Assembly: GCA_964016885.1 (NCBI GenBank)
Contig: OZ024744.1
Coordinates: 12,710,001-12,774,000 of the forward strand
Direction of reading: 5' to 3'
DNA: 64,000 bases
Source: Eledone cirrhosa
Taxonomy: Eukaryota
Shown: one piece after another, positions 39,601 through 53,800 of the stretch
Numbering within the stretch: the first letter of the stretch is position 1
How the letters are laid out: each line of letters starts with the position of its first letter
Notes under the pieces: model-generated
Databases searched by the model: none
Told to the model about the DNA's origin: nothing
Seen by the model: the letters and a program-made list of their open reading frames with translations, nothing else
Program-made: the position numbers and the translations under genes

Positions 39601-41800
39601 CACAACAGAAAGTACCCAGTACACACTGTAACGTGGTTGTGTAGGGATCACAACAAAAAGTACCCAGTACACACTGTAAAGTGGTCATGTAGGTGTCATG
39701 ACAAAAAGTACCCAGTACACACTGTAAAGTGGTCATATAGGTGTCATAAAAAAAAAGTACCCAGTACACACTGTAAAGTAGTCCTGTAGGTGTCACAACA
39801 GAAAGTACCCAGTACACACTGTAAAGTGGTCATGTAGGTGTCACAACAGAAAGTACCCAGTACACACTGTAACGTGGTTGTGTACGTATCACTACAAAAA
39901 GTACCCAGTACACACTGTAAAGTGGTCATGTAGGTGTCATGACAAAAAGTACCCAGTACACACTGTAAAGTAGTCCTGTAGGAGTCACAACAGAAAGTAC
40001 CCAGTCCACACTGTAAAGTGGTCATGTAGGTGTTACAACAAAAAGTACCCAGTACACACTGTAAAGTGGTCATGTAGGTATCACAACAAAAAGTACCCAG
40101 TCCACACTGTAACGTGGTTATGTAGGTGTCACAACAAAAAGAACCCAGTCCACACTGAAAGTGGTCATATAGGTATCACAACAAAAAGTACCCAGTACAC
40201 ACTGTAACGTGGTCATGTAGGTGCCACAACAAAAAGTACCCAGTCCACACTGTAAAGTAGTCATGTAGGTGTTACAACAAAAAGTACCCAGTCCACACTG
40301 TAAAGTGGTCATGTAGGTGTCACAACAGAAAGTAACCATCCGCACTGTAACGTGGTTGTGTAGGTCTCACAACAGAAAGTACCCAGTACACACTGTAAAG
40401 TGGTCATGTAGGGCTCACAACAGAAAGTACCCAGTCCACACTGTAGCCTGGTCATATAGGTGTGACAACAGAAAGTACCCAGTACACACTGTAATGTGGT
40501 TATGTAGGTATCACAACAAAAAGTACCCAGTACACACTGTAAAGTGGTCATGTAGGTGTCATGGCAAAAAGTACCCACTACACACTGTAAAGTGGTCATG
40601 TAGGTGTCATGACAAAAAGTACCCAGTACACATTGTAAAGTAGTCCTGTAGGAGTCACAACAGAAAGTACCCAGTCCACACTGTAAAGTGGTCATGTAGG
40701 TGTCACAACAAAAAGTACCCAGTCCACACTGTAAAGTAGTCATGTAGGTGTTACAACAAAAAGTACCCAGTCCACACCGTAAAGTGGTCATGTAGGTGTC
40801 ACAACAGAAAGTACCCCTCCACACTGTAACGTGGTTGTGTAGGTCTCACAACAAAAAGTACCCAGTACACACTGTAAAGTAGTCCTGTAGGAGTCACAAC
40901 AGAAAGTACCCAGTCCACACTGTAAAGTGGTCATGTAGGGCTCACAACAGAAAGTACCCAGTCCACACTGTAGCCTGGTCATATAGGTGTGACAACAGAA
41001 AGTACCCAGTACACACTGTAATGTGGTTATGTAGGTATCACAACAAAAAGTACCCAGTAAACACTGTAAAGTGGTCATATAGGTATCACAACAAAAAGTA
41101 CCCAGTCCACACTGTAAAGTGGTTATGTAGGTGTCACAACAAAAAGTACCCAGTACACACTGTAAAGTAGTCATGTAGGTGTCATGACAAAAAGTACCCA
41201 GTACACACTGTAACGTGGTTATGTAGATGTCACAACAAAAAGTACCCAGTACACACTGTAAAGTGGTTGTGTAGGTATCACAACAGAAAGCACCCAGTAA
41301 ACACTGTAAAGTAGTCCTGTAGGTGTCACAACAGAAAGTACCCAGTCCACACTGTAAAGTGGTTGTGTAGGTATCACAACAGAAAGTACCCAGTACACAC
41401 TGTAAAGTAGTCCTGTAGGTGTCACAACAGAAAGACCCCAGTACACACTGTAACGTGGTCATGTAGGTGTCACAACAGAAAGTACCCAGTACACACTGTA
41501 ACGTGGTTGTGTAGGTATCACAACAAAAAGTACCCAGCCCACACTGTAAAGTGTTCATGTAGGTGTCACAACAAAAAGTACCCACTACACACTGTGAAGT
41601 GGTCAGGTAGGTGTCATGACAAAAAGTACACAGTACACACTGTAACGTGGTCATGTAGGTGTCACAACAAAGAGTACCCAGTCCACACTGTAAAGTGGTC
41701 ATGTAGGTGTCACAACAAAAAGTACCCAGTCCACACTGTAAAGTAGTCATGTAGGTGTTACAACAAAAAGTACCCAGTCCACACTGTAAAGTGGTCATGT
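33650..41800. repeat. About three tandem copies of a ~2,685-bp (56-monomer) higher-order unit; third copy 2,780 bp
   Basis: ORF series 33647/36330/39015/41795, 33982/36665/39350 and 34749/37433/40118. Confidence 0.88.
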
Positions 41801-44800
41801 AGGTGTCACAACAGAAAGTACCCCTCCACACTGTAACGTGGTTGTGTAGGTCTCACAACAAAAAGTACCCAGTACACACTGTAAAGTGTTCATGTAGGTG
41901 TCACAACAAAAAGTACCCACTACACACTGTAAAGTGGTCATGTAGGTGTCATGACAAAAAGTACCCAGTACACACTGTAAAGTAGTCCTGTAGGAGTCAC
42001 AACAGAAAGTACCCAGTCCACACTGTGAAGTCGTCATGTAGGTGTTACAACAAAAAGTACCCAGTCCACACTGTAAAGTGGTTATGTAGGTGTCACAACA
42101 AAAAGTACCCAGTCCACACTGTAAAGTGCTCATGTAGGTATCACAACAAAAAGTACCCAGTCACACTGTAAAGTGGTCATGTAGGTGTCACAACAGAAAC
42201 TGCCAAGTCCACACTGTAAAATGGTTGTGTAGGTGTCACAACAGAAAGTACCCAGTACACACTGTAAAGTGGTCATGTAGGTCTCAAAACAGAAAGTACC
42301 CAGAACACACTGTAACGTGGTTATGTAGGTATCACAACAAAAAGTACCCAGTACACACTGTAAATTGGTCATGTAGGTGTCATGACAAAAAGTACCCAGT
42401 ACACACTGTAAAGTAGTCATGTAGGTGTCATGACAAAAAGTACCCAGTACACACTGTAACGTGGTTATGTAGGTGTCACAACAAAAAATACCCAGTACAC
42501 ACTGTAAAGTAGTCCTGTAGGTGTCACAACAGAAAGTACCCAGTACACACTGTAAAGTAGTCCTGTAGGTGTCACAACAGAAAGTACCCAGTACACACTG
42601 TAAAGTGGTTGTGTAGGTATCACAACAGAAAGTACCCACTACACACTGTAAAGTGGTCATGTAGGAGTCACAACAGAAAGTACCCAGTCCACACTGTAAA
42701 GTGGTCATGTAGGTGTTACAACAAAAAGTACCCAGTACACACTGTAAAGTGGTCATGTAGGTATCACAACAAAAAGTACCCAGTCCACACTGTAACGTGG
42801 TTATGTAGGTATCACAACAAAAAGTACCCAGTCCACACTGTAACGTGGTCATGTAGGTGCCACAACAAAAAGTACACAGTCCACACTGTAAAGTAGTCAT
42901 GTAGGTGTTACAACAAAAAGTACCCAGTCCACACTGTAAAGTGGTTGTGTAGGTATCACAACAGAAAGTACCCAGTACACACTGTAAAGTAGTCCTGTAG
43001 GTGTCACAACAGAAAGTCCCCAGTACACACTGTAACATGGTCATGCAGGTGTCACAACAGAAAGTACCCAGTACACACTGTAACGTGGTTGTGTAGGGAT
43101 CACAACAAAAAGTACCCAGTACACACTGTAAAGTTGTCATGTAGGTGTCATGACAAAAAGTACCCACTACACACTGTAAAGTGGTCATGTAGGTGTCATG
43201 ACAAAAAGTACCCAGTACACGCTGTAAAGTAGTCCTGTAGGAGTCACAACAGAAAGTACCCAGTCCACACTGTAAAGTGGTCATGTAGGTGTTACAACAA
43301 AAAGTACCCAGTACACACTGTAAAGTGGTCATGTAGGTATCACAACAAAAAGTACGCAGTCCACACTGTAACGTGGTCATGTAGGTGCCACAACAAAAAG
43401 TACCCAGTCCACACTGTAAAGTAGTCATGTAGGTGTTACAACAAAAATTACCCAGTACACACTGTAAAGTGGTTATGTAGGTATCACAACAAAAAGTACC
43501 CAGTACACACTGTAAAGTGGTCATGTAGGTGTCATGACAAAAAGTACCCAGTACACACTGTAAAGTGGTCATGTAGGTGTCATGACAAAAAGTACCCAGT
43601 ACACACTGTAAAGTAGTCCTGTAGGAGTCACAACGGAAAGTACCCATCCACACTGTAACATGGTTATGTAGGTCTCACAACAAAAAGTACCCAGTACACA
43701 CTGTAAAGTGTTCATGTAGGTGTCACAACAAAAAGTACCCAGTACACACTGTAACGTGGTTATGTAGGTATCACAACAAAAAGTACCCAGTACACACTGT
43801 AAAGTGGTCATGTAGGTGTCATGACAAAAAGTACCCACTACACACTGTAAAGTAGTCATGTAGGTGTTACAACAAAAAGTACCCAGTCCACACTGTAAAG
43901 TGGTCATGTAGGTGTCACAACAGAAAGTACACAGTACACACTGTAACGTGGTCATGTAGGTGTCACAACAAAGAGTACCCAGTCCACACTGTAAAGTGGT
44001 CATGTAGGTGTCACAACAAAAAGTACCCAGTCCACACTGTAAAGTAGTCATGTAGGTGTTACAACAAAAAGTACCCAGTCCACACTGTAAAGTGGTCATG
44101 TAGGTGTCACAACAGAAAGTACCCCTCCACACTGTAACGTGGTTGTGTAGGTCTCACAACAAAAAGTACCCCTCCACACTGTAACGTGGTTGTGTAGGTC
44201 TCACAACAAAAAGTACCCACTACACACTGTAAAGTGGTCATGTAGGTGTCATGACAAAAAGTACCCAGTACACACTGTAAAGTAGTCCTGTAGGAGTCAC
44301 AACAGAAAGTACCCAGTCCACACTGTAAAGTGGTCATGTAGGTGTTACAACAAAAAGTACCCAGTCCACACTGTAAAGTGGTTATGTAGGTGTCACAACA
44401 AAAAGTACCCAGTCCACACTGTAAAGTGCTCATGTAGGTATCACAACAAAAAGTACCCAGTCACACTGTAAAGTGGTCATGTAGGTGTCACAACAGAAAG
44501 TACCCATCTACACTGTAACGTGGTTGTGTAGGTGTTACAACAAAAAGTACCCAGTCCACACTGTAAAGTGGTCATGTAGGTCTCACAACAGAAAGTACCC
44601 AGTCCACACAGTAAAGTGGTCATGTAGGTCTCACAACAGAAAGTACCCAGTCCACACTGTAAAGTGGTTGTGTAGGTGTCACAACAGAAAGTACCCAGTA
44701 CACACTGTAAAGTGGTCATGTAGGTCTCAAAACAGAAAGTACCCAGTCCACACTGTAGCCTGGTCATATAGGTGTCACAACAGAAAGTACCCAGAACACA

Positions 44801-47800
44801 CTGTAACGTGGTTATGTAGGTATCACAACAAAAAGTACCCAGTACACACTGTAAAGTGGTCATGTAGGTATCACAACAAAAAGTACCCAGTCCACACTGT
44901 AACGTGGTTATGTAGGTATCACAACAAAAAGTACCCAGTCCACACTGTAACGTGGTCATGTAGGTGCCACAACAAAAAGTACACAGTCCACACTGTAAAG
45001 TAGTCATGTAGGTGTTACAACAAAAAGTACCCAGTACACACTGTAAAGTGGTTATGTAGGTATCACAACAAAAAGTACCCAGTACACACTGTAAAGTGGT
45101 CATGTAGGTGTCATGACAAAAAGTACCCAGTACACACTGTAAAGTGGTCATGTAGGTGTCATGACAAAAAGTACGCAGTACACACTATAAAGTAGTCCTG
45201 TAGGAGTCACAACAGAAAGTACCCAGTCCACACTGTAAAGTGGTCATGTAGGTGTTACAACAAAAAGTACCCAGTACACACTGTAAAGTGGTTATGTAGG
45301 TATCACAACAAAAAGTACCCAGTCCACACTGTAACGTGGTTATGTAGGTGTCACAACAAAAAGTACCCAGTCCACACTGTAAAGTGGTCATGTAGGTATC
45401 ACAACAAAAAGTACCCAGTCCACACTGTAAAGTGGTAATGTAGGTGTCACAACAGAAAGTACCCTTCCACACTGTAACGTGGTTGTGTAGGTCTCACAAC
45501 AAAAAGTAACCAGTACACACTGTAAAGTGTTCATGTAGGTGTCACAACAAAAAGTACCCAGTACACACTGTAAAGTGGTCATGTAGGTGTCATGACAAAA
45601 AGTACCCACTACACACTGTAAAGTGGTCATGTAGGTGTCATGAAAAAAAGTACCCAGTACACACTGTAAAGTAGTCCTGTAGGAGTCACAACAGAAAGTA
45701 CCCAGTCCACACTGTAAAGTGGTCATGTAGGTGTTATAACAAAAAGTACCCAGTACACACTGTAAAGTGGTCATGTAGGTATCACAACAAAAAGTACCCA
45801 GTACACACTGTAAAGTGGTCATGTAGGTATCAAAACAAAAAGTACGCAGTCCAGACTGTAAAGTAGTCCTGTAGGAGTCACAACAGAAAGTACCCATCCA
45901 CACTGTAACATGGTTGTGTAGGTCTCACAACAAAAAGTACCCAGTACACACTGTAAAGTGTTCATGTAGGTGTCACAACAAAAAGTACCCAGTACACACT
46001 GTAACGTGGTTATGTAGGTATCACAACAAAAAGTACCCAGTACACACTGTAAAGTGGTCATGTAGGTGTCATGACAAAAAGTACCCACTACACACTGTAA
46101 AGTAGTCCTGTAGGAGTCACAACAGAAAGTACCCAGTCCACACTGTAAAGTAGTCATGTAGGTGTTACAACAAAAAGTACCCAGTACACACTGTAAAGTG
46201 GTTATGTAGGTATCACAACAAAAGGTACCCAGTACACACTGTAAAGTGGTCATGTAGGTGTCATGACAAAAAGTACCCAGTACATACTATAAAGTAGTCC
46301 TGTAGGAGTCACAACAGAAAGTACCCAGTCCACACTGTAAAGTGGTCATGTAGGTATCACAACAAAAAGTACCCAGTCCACACTGTAAAGTGGTAATGTA
46401 GGTGTCACAACAGAAAGTACCCATCCACACTCTAACATGGTTGTGTAGGTCTCACAACAAAAAGTACCCAGTACACACTGTAAAGTGTTCATGTAGGTGT
46501 CACAACAAAAAGTACCCAGTACACACTGTAACGTGGTTATGTAGGTATCACAACAAAAATTACCCAGTACACACTGTAAAGTGGTCATGTAGGTGTCATG
46601 ACAAAAAGTACCCACTACACACTGTAAAGTAGTCCTGTAGGAGTCACAACAGAAAGTACCCAGTACACACTGTAAAGTAGTCCTGTAGGTGTCACAACAG
46701 AAAGTACCCAGTCCACACTGTAAAGTGGTCATGTAGGTGTTACAACAAAAAGTACCCAGTACACACTGTAAAGTGGTCATGTAGGTATCACAACAAAAAG
46801 TACCCAGTCCACACTGTAACGTGGTTATGTAGGTGTCACAACAAAAAGAACCCAGTCCACACTGAAAGTGGTCATATAGGTATCACAACAAAAAGTACCC
46901 AGTACACACTGTAACGTGGTCATGTAGGTGCCACAACAAAAAGTACCCAGTCCACACTGTAAAGTAGTCATGTAGGTGTTACAACAAAAAGTACCCAGTC
47001 CACACTGTAAAGTGGTCATGTAGGTGTCACAACAGAAAGTAACCATCCGCACTGTAACGTGGTTGTGTAGGTCTCACAACAGAAAGTACCCAGTACACAC
47101 TGTAAAGTGGTCATGTAGGGCTCACAACAGAAAGTACCCAGTCCACACTGTAGCCTGGTCATATAGGTGTGACAACAGAAAGTACCCAGTACACACTGTA
47201 ATGTGGTTATGTAGGTATCACAACAAAAAGTACCCAGTACACACTGTAAAGTGGTCATGTAGGTGTCATGGCAAAAAGTACCCACTACACACTGTAAAGT
47301 GGTCATGTAGGTGTCATGACAAAAAGTACCCAGTACACATTGTAAAGTAGTCCTGTAGGAGTCACAACAGAAAGTACCCAGTCCACACTGTAAAGTGGTC
47401 ATGTAGGTGTCACAACAAAAAGTACCCAGTCCACACTGTAAAGTAGTCATGTAGGTGTTACAACAAAAAGTACCCAGTCCACACCGTAAAGTGGTCATGT
47501 AGGTGTCACAACAGAAAGTACCCCTCCACACTGTAACGTGGTTGTGTAGGTCTCACAACAAAAAGTACCCAGTACACACTGTAAAGTAGTCCTGTAGGAG
47601 TCACAACAGAAAGTACCCAGTCCACACTGTAAAGTGGTCATGTAGGGCTCACAACAGAAAGTACCCAGTCCACACTGTAGCCTGGTCATATAGGTGTGAC
47701 AACAGAAAGTACCCAGTACACACTGTAATGTGGTTATGTAGGTATCACAACAAAAAGTACCCAGTAAACACTGTAAAGTGGTCATATAGGTATCACAACA

Positions 47801-50800
47801 AAAAGTACCCAGTCCACACTGTAAAGTGGTTATGTAGGTGTCACAACAAAAAGTACCCAGTACACACTGTAAAGTAGTCATGTAGGTGTCATGACAAAAA
47901 GTACCCAGTACACACTGTAACGTGGTTATGTAGATGTCACAACAAAAAGTACCCAGTACACACTGTAAAGTGGTTGTGTAGGTATCACAACAGAAAGCAC
48001 CCAGTACACACTGTAAAGTAGTCCTGTAGGTGTCACAACAGAAAGTACCCAGTCCACACTGTAAAGTGGTTGTGTAGGTATCACAACAGAAAGTACCCAG
48101 TACACACTGTAAAGTAGTCCTGTAGGTGTCACAACAGAAAGACCCCAGTACACACTGTAACGTGGTCATGTAGGTGTCACAACAGAAAGTACCCAGTACA
48201 CACTGTAACGTGGTTGTGTAGGTATCACAACAAAAAGTACCCAGCCCACACTGTAAAGTGTTCATGTAGGTGTCACAACAAAAAGTACCCACTACACACT
48301 GTGAAGTGGTCAGGTAGGTGTCATGACAAAAAGTACACAGTACACACTGTAACGTGGTCATGTAGGTGTCACAACAAAGAGTACCCAGTCCACACTGTAA
48401 AGTGGTCATGTAGGTGTCACAACAAAAAGTACCCAGTCCACACTGTAAAGTAGTCATGTAGGTGTTACAACAAAAAGTACCCAGTCCACACTGTAAAGTG
48501 GTCATGTAGGTGTCACAACAGAAAGTACCCCTCCACACTGTAACGTGGTTGTGTAGGTCTCACAACAAAAAGTACCCAGTACACACTGTAAAGTGTTCAT
48601 GTAGGTGTCACAACAAAAAGTACCCACTACACACTGTAAAGTGGTCATGTAGGTGTCATGACAAAAAGTACCCAGTACACACTGTAAAGTAGTCCTGTAG
48701 GAGTCACAACAGAAAGTACCCAGTCCACACTGTGAAGTCGTCATGTAGGTGTTACAACAAAAAGTACCCAGTCCACACTGTAAAGTGGTTATGTAGGTGT
48801 CACAACAAAAAGTACCCAGTCCACACTGTAAAGTGCTCATGTAGGTATCACAACAAAAAGTACCCAGTCACACTGTAAAGTGGTCATGTAGGTGTCACAA
48901 CAGAAACTGCCAAGTCCACACTGTAAAATGGTTGTGTAGGTGTCACAACAGAAAGTACCCAGTACACACTGTAAAGTGGTCATGTAGGTCTCAAAACAGA
49001 AAGTACCCAGTCCACACTGTAGCCTGGTCATATAGGTGTCACAACAGAAAGTACCCAGAACACACTGTAACGTGGTTATGTAGGTATCACAACAAAAAGT
49101 ACCCAGTACACACTGTAAATTGGTCATGTAGGTGTCATGACAAAAAGTACCCAGTACACACTGTAAAGTAGTCATGTAGGTGTCATGACAAAAAGTACCC
49201 AGTACACACTGTAACGTGGTTATGTAGGTGTCACAACAAAAAATACCCAGTACACACTGTAAAGTGGTTGTGTAGGGATCACAACAGAAAGTACCCAGTA
49301 CACACTGTAAAGTAGTTCTGTAGGTGTCACAACAGAAAGTACCCAGTACACACTGTAAAGTGGTTGTGTAGGTATCACAACAGAAAGTACCCACTACACA
49401 CTGTAAAGTGGTCATGTAGGAGTCACAACAGAAAGTACCCAGTCCACACTGTAAAGTGGTCATGTAGGTGTTACAACAAAAAGTACCCAGTACACACTGT
49501 AAAGTGGTCATGTAGGTATCACAACAAAAAGTACCCAGTCCACACTGTAACGTGGTTATGTAGGTATCACAACAAAAAGTACCCAGTCCACACTGTAACG
49601 TGGTCATGTAGGTGCCACAACAAAAAGTACACAGTCCACACTGTAAAGTAGTCATGTAGGTGTTACAACAAAAAGTACCCAGTCCACACTGTAAAGTGGT
49701 TGTGTAGGTATCACAACAGAAAGTACCCAGTACACACTGTAAAGTAGTCCTGTAGGTGTCACAACAGAAAGTCCCCAGTACACACTGTAACATGGTCATG
49801 CAGGTGTCACAACAGAAAGTACCCAGTACACACTGTAACGTGGTTGTGTAGGGATCACAACAAAAAGTACCCAGTACACACTGTAAAGTTGTCATGTAGG
49901 TGTCATGACAAAAAGTACCCACTACACACTGTAAAGTGGTCATGTAGGTGTCATGACAAAAAGTACCCAGTACACGCTGTAAAGTAGTCCTGTAGGAGTC
50001 ACAACAGAAAGTACCCAGTCCACACTGTAAAGTGGTCATGTAGGTGTTACAACAAAAAGTACCCAGTACACACTGTAAAGTGGTCATGTAGGTATCACAA
50101 CAAAAAGTACGCAGTCCACACTGTAACGTGGTCATGTAGGTGCCACAACAAAAAGTACCCAGTCCACACTGTAAAGTAGTCATGTAGGTGTTACAACAAA
50201 AATTACCCAGTACACACTGTAAAGTGGTTATGTAGGTATCACAACAAAAAGTACCCAGTACACACTGTAAAGTGGTCATGACAAAAAGTACCCAGTACAC
50301 ACTGTAAAGTGGTCATGTAGGTGTCATGACAAAAAGTACCCAGTACACACTGTAAAGTAGTCCTGTAGGAGTCACAACAGAAAGTACCCATCCACACTGT
50401 AACATGGTTATGTAGGTCTCACAACAAAAAGTACCCAGTCCACACTGTAAAGTGGTTATGTAGGTGTCACAACAAAAAGTACCCAGTCCACACTGTAAAG
50501 TGCTCATGTAGGTATCACAACAAAAAGTACCCAGTCACACTGTAAAGTGGTCATGTAGGTGTCACAACAGAAAGTACCCAGTCCACACTGTAACGTGGTT
50601 GTGTAGGTGTTACAACAAAAAGTACCCAGTCCACACTGTAAAGTGGTCATGTAGGTCTCACAACAGAAAGTACCCAGTCCACACAGTAAAGTGGTCATGT
50701 AGGTCTCACAACAGAAAGTACCCAGTCCACACTGTAAAATGGTTGTGTAGGTGTCACAACAGAAAGTACCCAGTACACACTGTAACGTGGTTGTGTAGGG

Positions 50801-53800
50801 ATCACAACAAAAAGTACCCAGTACACACTGTAAAGTGGTCATGTAGGTGTCATGACAAAAAGTACCCAGTACACACTGTAAAGTGGTCATATAGGTGTCA
50901 TAAAAAAAAAGTACCCAGTACACACTGTAAAGTAGTCCTGTAGGTGTCACAACAGAAAGTACCCAGTACACACTGTAAAGTGGTCATGTAGGTGTCACAA
51001 CAGAAAGTACCCAGTACACACTGTAACGTGGTTGTGTAGGTATCACTACAAAAAGTACCCAGTACACACTGTAAAGTGGTCATGTAGGTGTCATGACAAA
51101 AAGTACCCAGTACACACTGTAAAGTAGTCCTGTAGGAGTCACAACAGAAAGTACCCAGTCCACACTGTAAAGTGGTCATGTAGGTGTTACAACAAAAAGT
51201 ACCCAGTACACACTGTAAAGTGGTCATGTAGGTATCACAACAAAAAGTACCCAGTCCACACTGTAACGTGGTTATGTAGGTGTCACAACAAAAAGAACCC
51301 AGTCCACACTGAAAGTGGTCATATAGGTATCACAACAAAAAGTACCCAGTACACACTGTAACGTGGTCATGTAGGTGCCACAACAAAAAGTACCCAGTCC
51401 ACACTGTAAAGTAGTCATGTAGGTGTTACAACAAAAAGTACCCAGTCCACACTGTAAAGTGGTCATGTAGGTGTCACAACAGAAAGTAACCATCCGCACT
51501 GTAACGTGGTTGTGTAGGTCTCACAACAGAAAGTACCCAGTACACACTGTAAAGTGGTCATGTAGGGCTCACAACAGAAAGTACCCAGTCCACACTGTAG
51601 CCTGGTCATATAGGTGTGACAACAGAAAGTACCCAGTACACACTGTAATGTGGTTATGTAGGTATCACAACAAAAAGTACCCAGTACACACTGTAAAGTG
51701 GTCATGTAGGTGTCATGGCAAAAAGTACCCACTACACACTGTAAAGTGGTCATGTAGGTGTCATGACAAAAAGTACCCAGTACACATTGTAAAGTAGTCC
51801 TGTAGGAGTCACAACAGAAAGTACCCAGTCCACACTGTAAAGTGGTCATGTAGGTGTCACAACAAAAAGTACCCAGTCCACACTGTAAAGTAGTCATGTA
51901 GGTGTTACAACAAAAAGTACCCAGTCCACACCGTAAAGTGGTCATGTAGGTGTCACAACAGAAAGTACCCCTCCACACTGTAACGTGGTTGTGTAGGTCT
52001 CACAACAAAAAGTACCCAGTACACACTGTAAAGTAGTCCTGTAGGAGTCACAACAGAAAGTACCCAGTCCACACTGTAAAGTGGTCATGTAGGGCTCACA
52101 ACAGAAAGTACCCAGTCCACACTGTAGCCTGGTCATATAGGTGTGACAACAGAAAGTACCCAGTACACACTGTAATGTGGTTATGTAGGTATCACAACAA
52201 AAAGTACCCAGTAAACACTGTAAAGTGGTCATATAGGTATCACAACAAAAAGTACCCAGTCCACACTGTAAAGTGGTTATGTAGGTGTCACAACAAAAAG
52301 TACCCAGTACACACTGTAAAGTAGTCATGTAGGTGTCATGACAAAAAGTACCCAGTACACACTGTAACGTGGTTATGTAGATGTCACAACAAAAAGTACC
52401 CAGTACACACTGTAAAGTGGTTGTGTAGGTATCACAACAGAAAGCACCCAGTACACACTGTAAAGTAGTCCTGTAGGTGTCACAACAGAAAGTACCCAGT
52501 CCACACTGTAAAGTGGTTGTGTAGGTATCACAACAGAAAGTACCCAGTACACACTGTAAAGTAGTCCTGTAGGTGTCACAACAGAAAGACCCCAGTACAC
52601 ACTGTAACGTGGTCATGTAGGTGTCACAACAGAAAGTACCCAGTACACACTGTAACGTGGTTGTGTAGGTATCACAACAAAAAGTACCCAGCCCACACTG
52701 TAAAGTGTTCATGTAGGTGTCACAACAAAAAGTACCCACTACACACTGTGAAGTGGTCAGGTAGGTGTCATGACAAAAAGTACACAGTACACACTGTAAC
52801 GTGGTCATGTAGGTGTCACAACAAAGAGTACCCAGTCCACACTGTAAAGTGGTCATGTAGGTGTCACAACAAAAAGTACCCAGTCCACACTGTAAAGTAG
52901 TCATGTAGGTGTTACAACAAAAAGTACCCAGTCCACACTGTAAAGTGGTCATGTAGGTGTCACAACAGAAAGTACCCCTCCACACTGTAACGTGGTTGTG
53001 TAGGTCTCACAACAAAAAGTACCCAGTACACACTGTAAAGTGTTCATGTAGGTGTCACAACAAAAAGTACCCACTACACACTGTAAAGTGGTCATGTAGG
53101 TGTCATGACAAAAAGTACCCAGTACACACTGTAAAGTAGTCCTGTAGGAGTCACAACAGAAAGTACCCAGTCCACACTGTGAAGTCGTCATGTAGGTGTT
53201 ACAACAAAAAGTACCCAGTCCACACTGTAAAGTGGTTATGTAGGTGTCACAACAAAAAGTACCCAGTCCACACTGTAAAGTGCTCATGTAGGTATCACAA
53301 CAAAAAGTACCCAGTCACACTGTAAAGTGGTCATGTAGGTGTCACAACAGAAACTGCCAAGTCCACACTGTAAAATGGTTGTGTAGGTGTCACAACAGAA
53401 AGTACCCAGTACACACTGTAAAGTGGTCATGTAGGTCTCAAAACAGAAAGTACCCAGTCCACACTGTAGCCTGGTCATATAGGTGTCACAACAGAAAGTA
53501 CCCAGAACACACTGTAACGTGGTTATGTAGGTATCACAACAAAAAGTACCCAGTACACACTGTAAATTGGTCATGTAGGTGTCATGACAAAAAGTACCCA
53601 GTACACACTGTAAAGTAGTCATGTAGGTGTCATGACAAAAAGTACCCAGTACACACTGTAACGTGGTTATGTAGGTGTCACAACAAAAAATACCCAGTAC
53701 ACACTGTAAAGTGGTTGTGTAGGTATCACAACAGAAAGTACCCAGTACACACTGTAAAGTAGTCCTGTAGGTGTCACAACAGAAAGTACCCAGTACACAC

